64,000 bases of DNA from Anthoceros angustus (taxonomy: Eukaryota; Plantae; Anthocerotophyta), in the NCBI GenBank assembly GCA_010909165.1, contig MU008158.1, positions 2,195,478 to 2,259,477 on the forward strand. The letters run 5' to 3'. Both the position numbers and the translations under genes were made by a program. Under the pieces are notes generated by a model that worked only from the letters and a program-made list of their open reading frames with translations, made no database searches and had not been told where the DNA came from. Below, one piece after another: positions 62,529-64,000 of this stretch. Within the stretch, counting starts at the first letter, position 1; every line of letters begins with the position of its first letter.

Positions 62529-63431
62529 GCCTTTGCGTTTGCTGCACGTCTGAGTGCGTTTGCCCCTGCATGCGGAGCTACAGTGTTTGCCGCTGGCTAC
62601 AAGGCTGCAGCATTTGCTGCTGGCTATGGGGGTGCAGTTTCACATAGTACTAAGTACCCTCAAACAAGCTTGTACCAGAAGGACCAACACCAAAAGGGCT
62701 TCCATGAAAACAATCGCAAAGACACAAGGCTTGCACTCAAAAAGGCTTGCAGTGCACAAGACTCTAGTTCAAAAGGCCTAGTGCACCACATAACAGAGCA
62801 GGCTGATCCCTGTCCACGCCCACGGCGTGGCTTCAGCCTGCGTGCGACGAAGGGGGGACGAGGCCGGAGGTGCGAACTCTAGTGCTCCGGCCGAGAGGCG
62901 CACTTGGAGCCAGCACAACCAGGGATGGGGCATGCAGCACCCATTGGCAAGGCGGACATCAGGAGCTTGCTCCCCAAGAGTTCCAGGGCATTATGGCATC
63001 AACCCGGTGACTCATCCTTGGTTGCTATTGATGCAGCCATGAGCGGCGCCATGTCCACGCTCCTTGAGGTCGTGGAGAAGGTGCATGACCTTAGGTTACG
63101 ATGCACGGAGGTGGAGGGCATGATGGAAAGGATGCCCACAACCGCCCCCAACACGCAGACAAGGGGAAGCCCAAGTGCGGCTGCGTTCATGGAATACATG
63201 AACGCAGCCATGCAGGCCGCTGTGTCCATGTCCAAAGGTGGTGGACACCCAAGACCCCCTCCCCCTGATGCTAGCCCTGCCCAATCTTCCCCGTTCCCCC
63301 GCCCCTATCCATTCCCTTTCATGCAGGGAAAGCCGTTTGTTCCCCCTCCAATCCCACAGGCGCAGCCGGCTGCAACTCCTCTTCCCCATTGCAGGCTCCT
63401 TCTTCAGAGGCTGCACCGAGGCAGCCTCTGA
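62529..63431 (+). other. Orphan reading frame (~300 codons) with a single in-frame TAG; possible TE-associated or pseudogenised gene
   Basis: ORFs 62583-62882 and 62904-63431 share a frame and are separated by one TAG. There is a helical-looking segment (AMSTLLEVVEKVHDLRLRCTEVEGMMERM) and a Pro-rich tail, but no recognisable domain. Confidence 0.35.
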
Positions 63432-64000
63432 ACTTGGAAGAGTAGGGGCCACACTGTGGAGCACAGGAGGATGGTGGCCCTGCTCTGCGGCTCTTTCGAG
63501 ATTGAGAGGAGCATGGTTTGCAGGTGGTTTGTAGGTAGGCGTTTTTAGAGCTCCCAACATGAGGTGGGAGTTCAAACTTGAACATGTGCCTTGTTTTTGT
63601 GACTGAAATTGTGCAAGCATGACCTCAAGTGTGGGCTTTTCTGTTTGAAATTGGGGGTATCACTTCGAATGCTTCTGGTGGCCTGGACAAGGCATGAAGG
63701 TTATCCACACTGGCTTGGATGCCTTGTACATCAGATGCTATCAGATGCTATGTGATGAAGGGGAGTGACGAGAAATGAGAGACAACCTCGGAGAAGTACC
63801 GCACGGAGAAGCATGCCCGTCCCTAAACCCGTACCTAGGCTGAGCCTCTCATGGTGCCCGATGCACAAGCCTTAGGTTCTTGCGAAGCCTTCACACGCAT
63901 GCCAGACTTGCCGAAATAATCTGTGTATATGTGCACTGCCGTGTGTAAACATGTATGTATGGTGATGTTACCAAAAAACCCCAAGAACAAAACTTCTCCA

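Overview
Eukaryotic land-plant DNA: gene-dense, with short (about 60-300 nt) spliceosomal introns, GC-rich genes and AT-rich spacers. The compact architecture and PLS-type PPR remnants suggest a Selaginella-like lycophyte (inference only). Gene order: SCD2-like (-, runs off the window start); DUF707 putative glycosyltransferase in an AT-rich island (+); an NPF/PTR transporter (-) lying between two decayed LRR-like paralogues; a LINE remnant; GDPD4-like (+); plastid-type J-protein (+) with a probable decayed tandem copy; MFS transporter (-); RMF-like F-box (+); Ty3/gypsy remnant; CAMTA (+); F-box/WD40 (-); a methyltransferase fragment. Next is a ~7-8 kb tandem segmental duplication (about 37.7-45.1 kb and 46.4-53.3 kb). 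In each copy only a convergent pair of DUF674 genes (A +, B -) is intact, while three neighbouring genes have decayed; A1/A2 are nearly identical but B1/B2 are strongly diverged. After PELP1/Rix1-like (+) comes a complex 45-bp minisatellite whose units carry a Pol III B-box-like motif, then an interrupted orphan ORF. No tRNA, rRNA or CRISPR array is supported. All exon models were assembled by eye and all identities are manual estimates.
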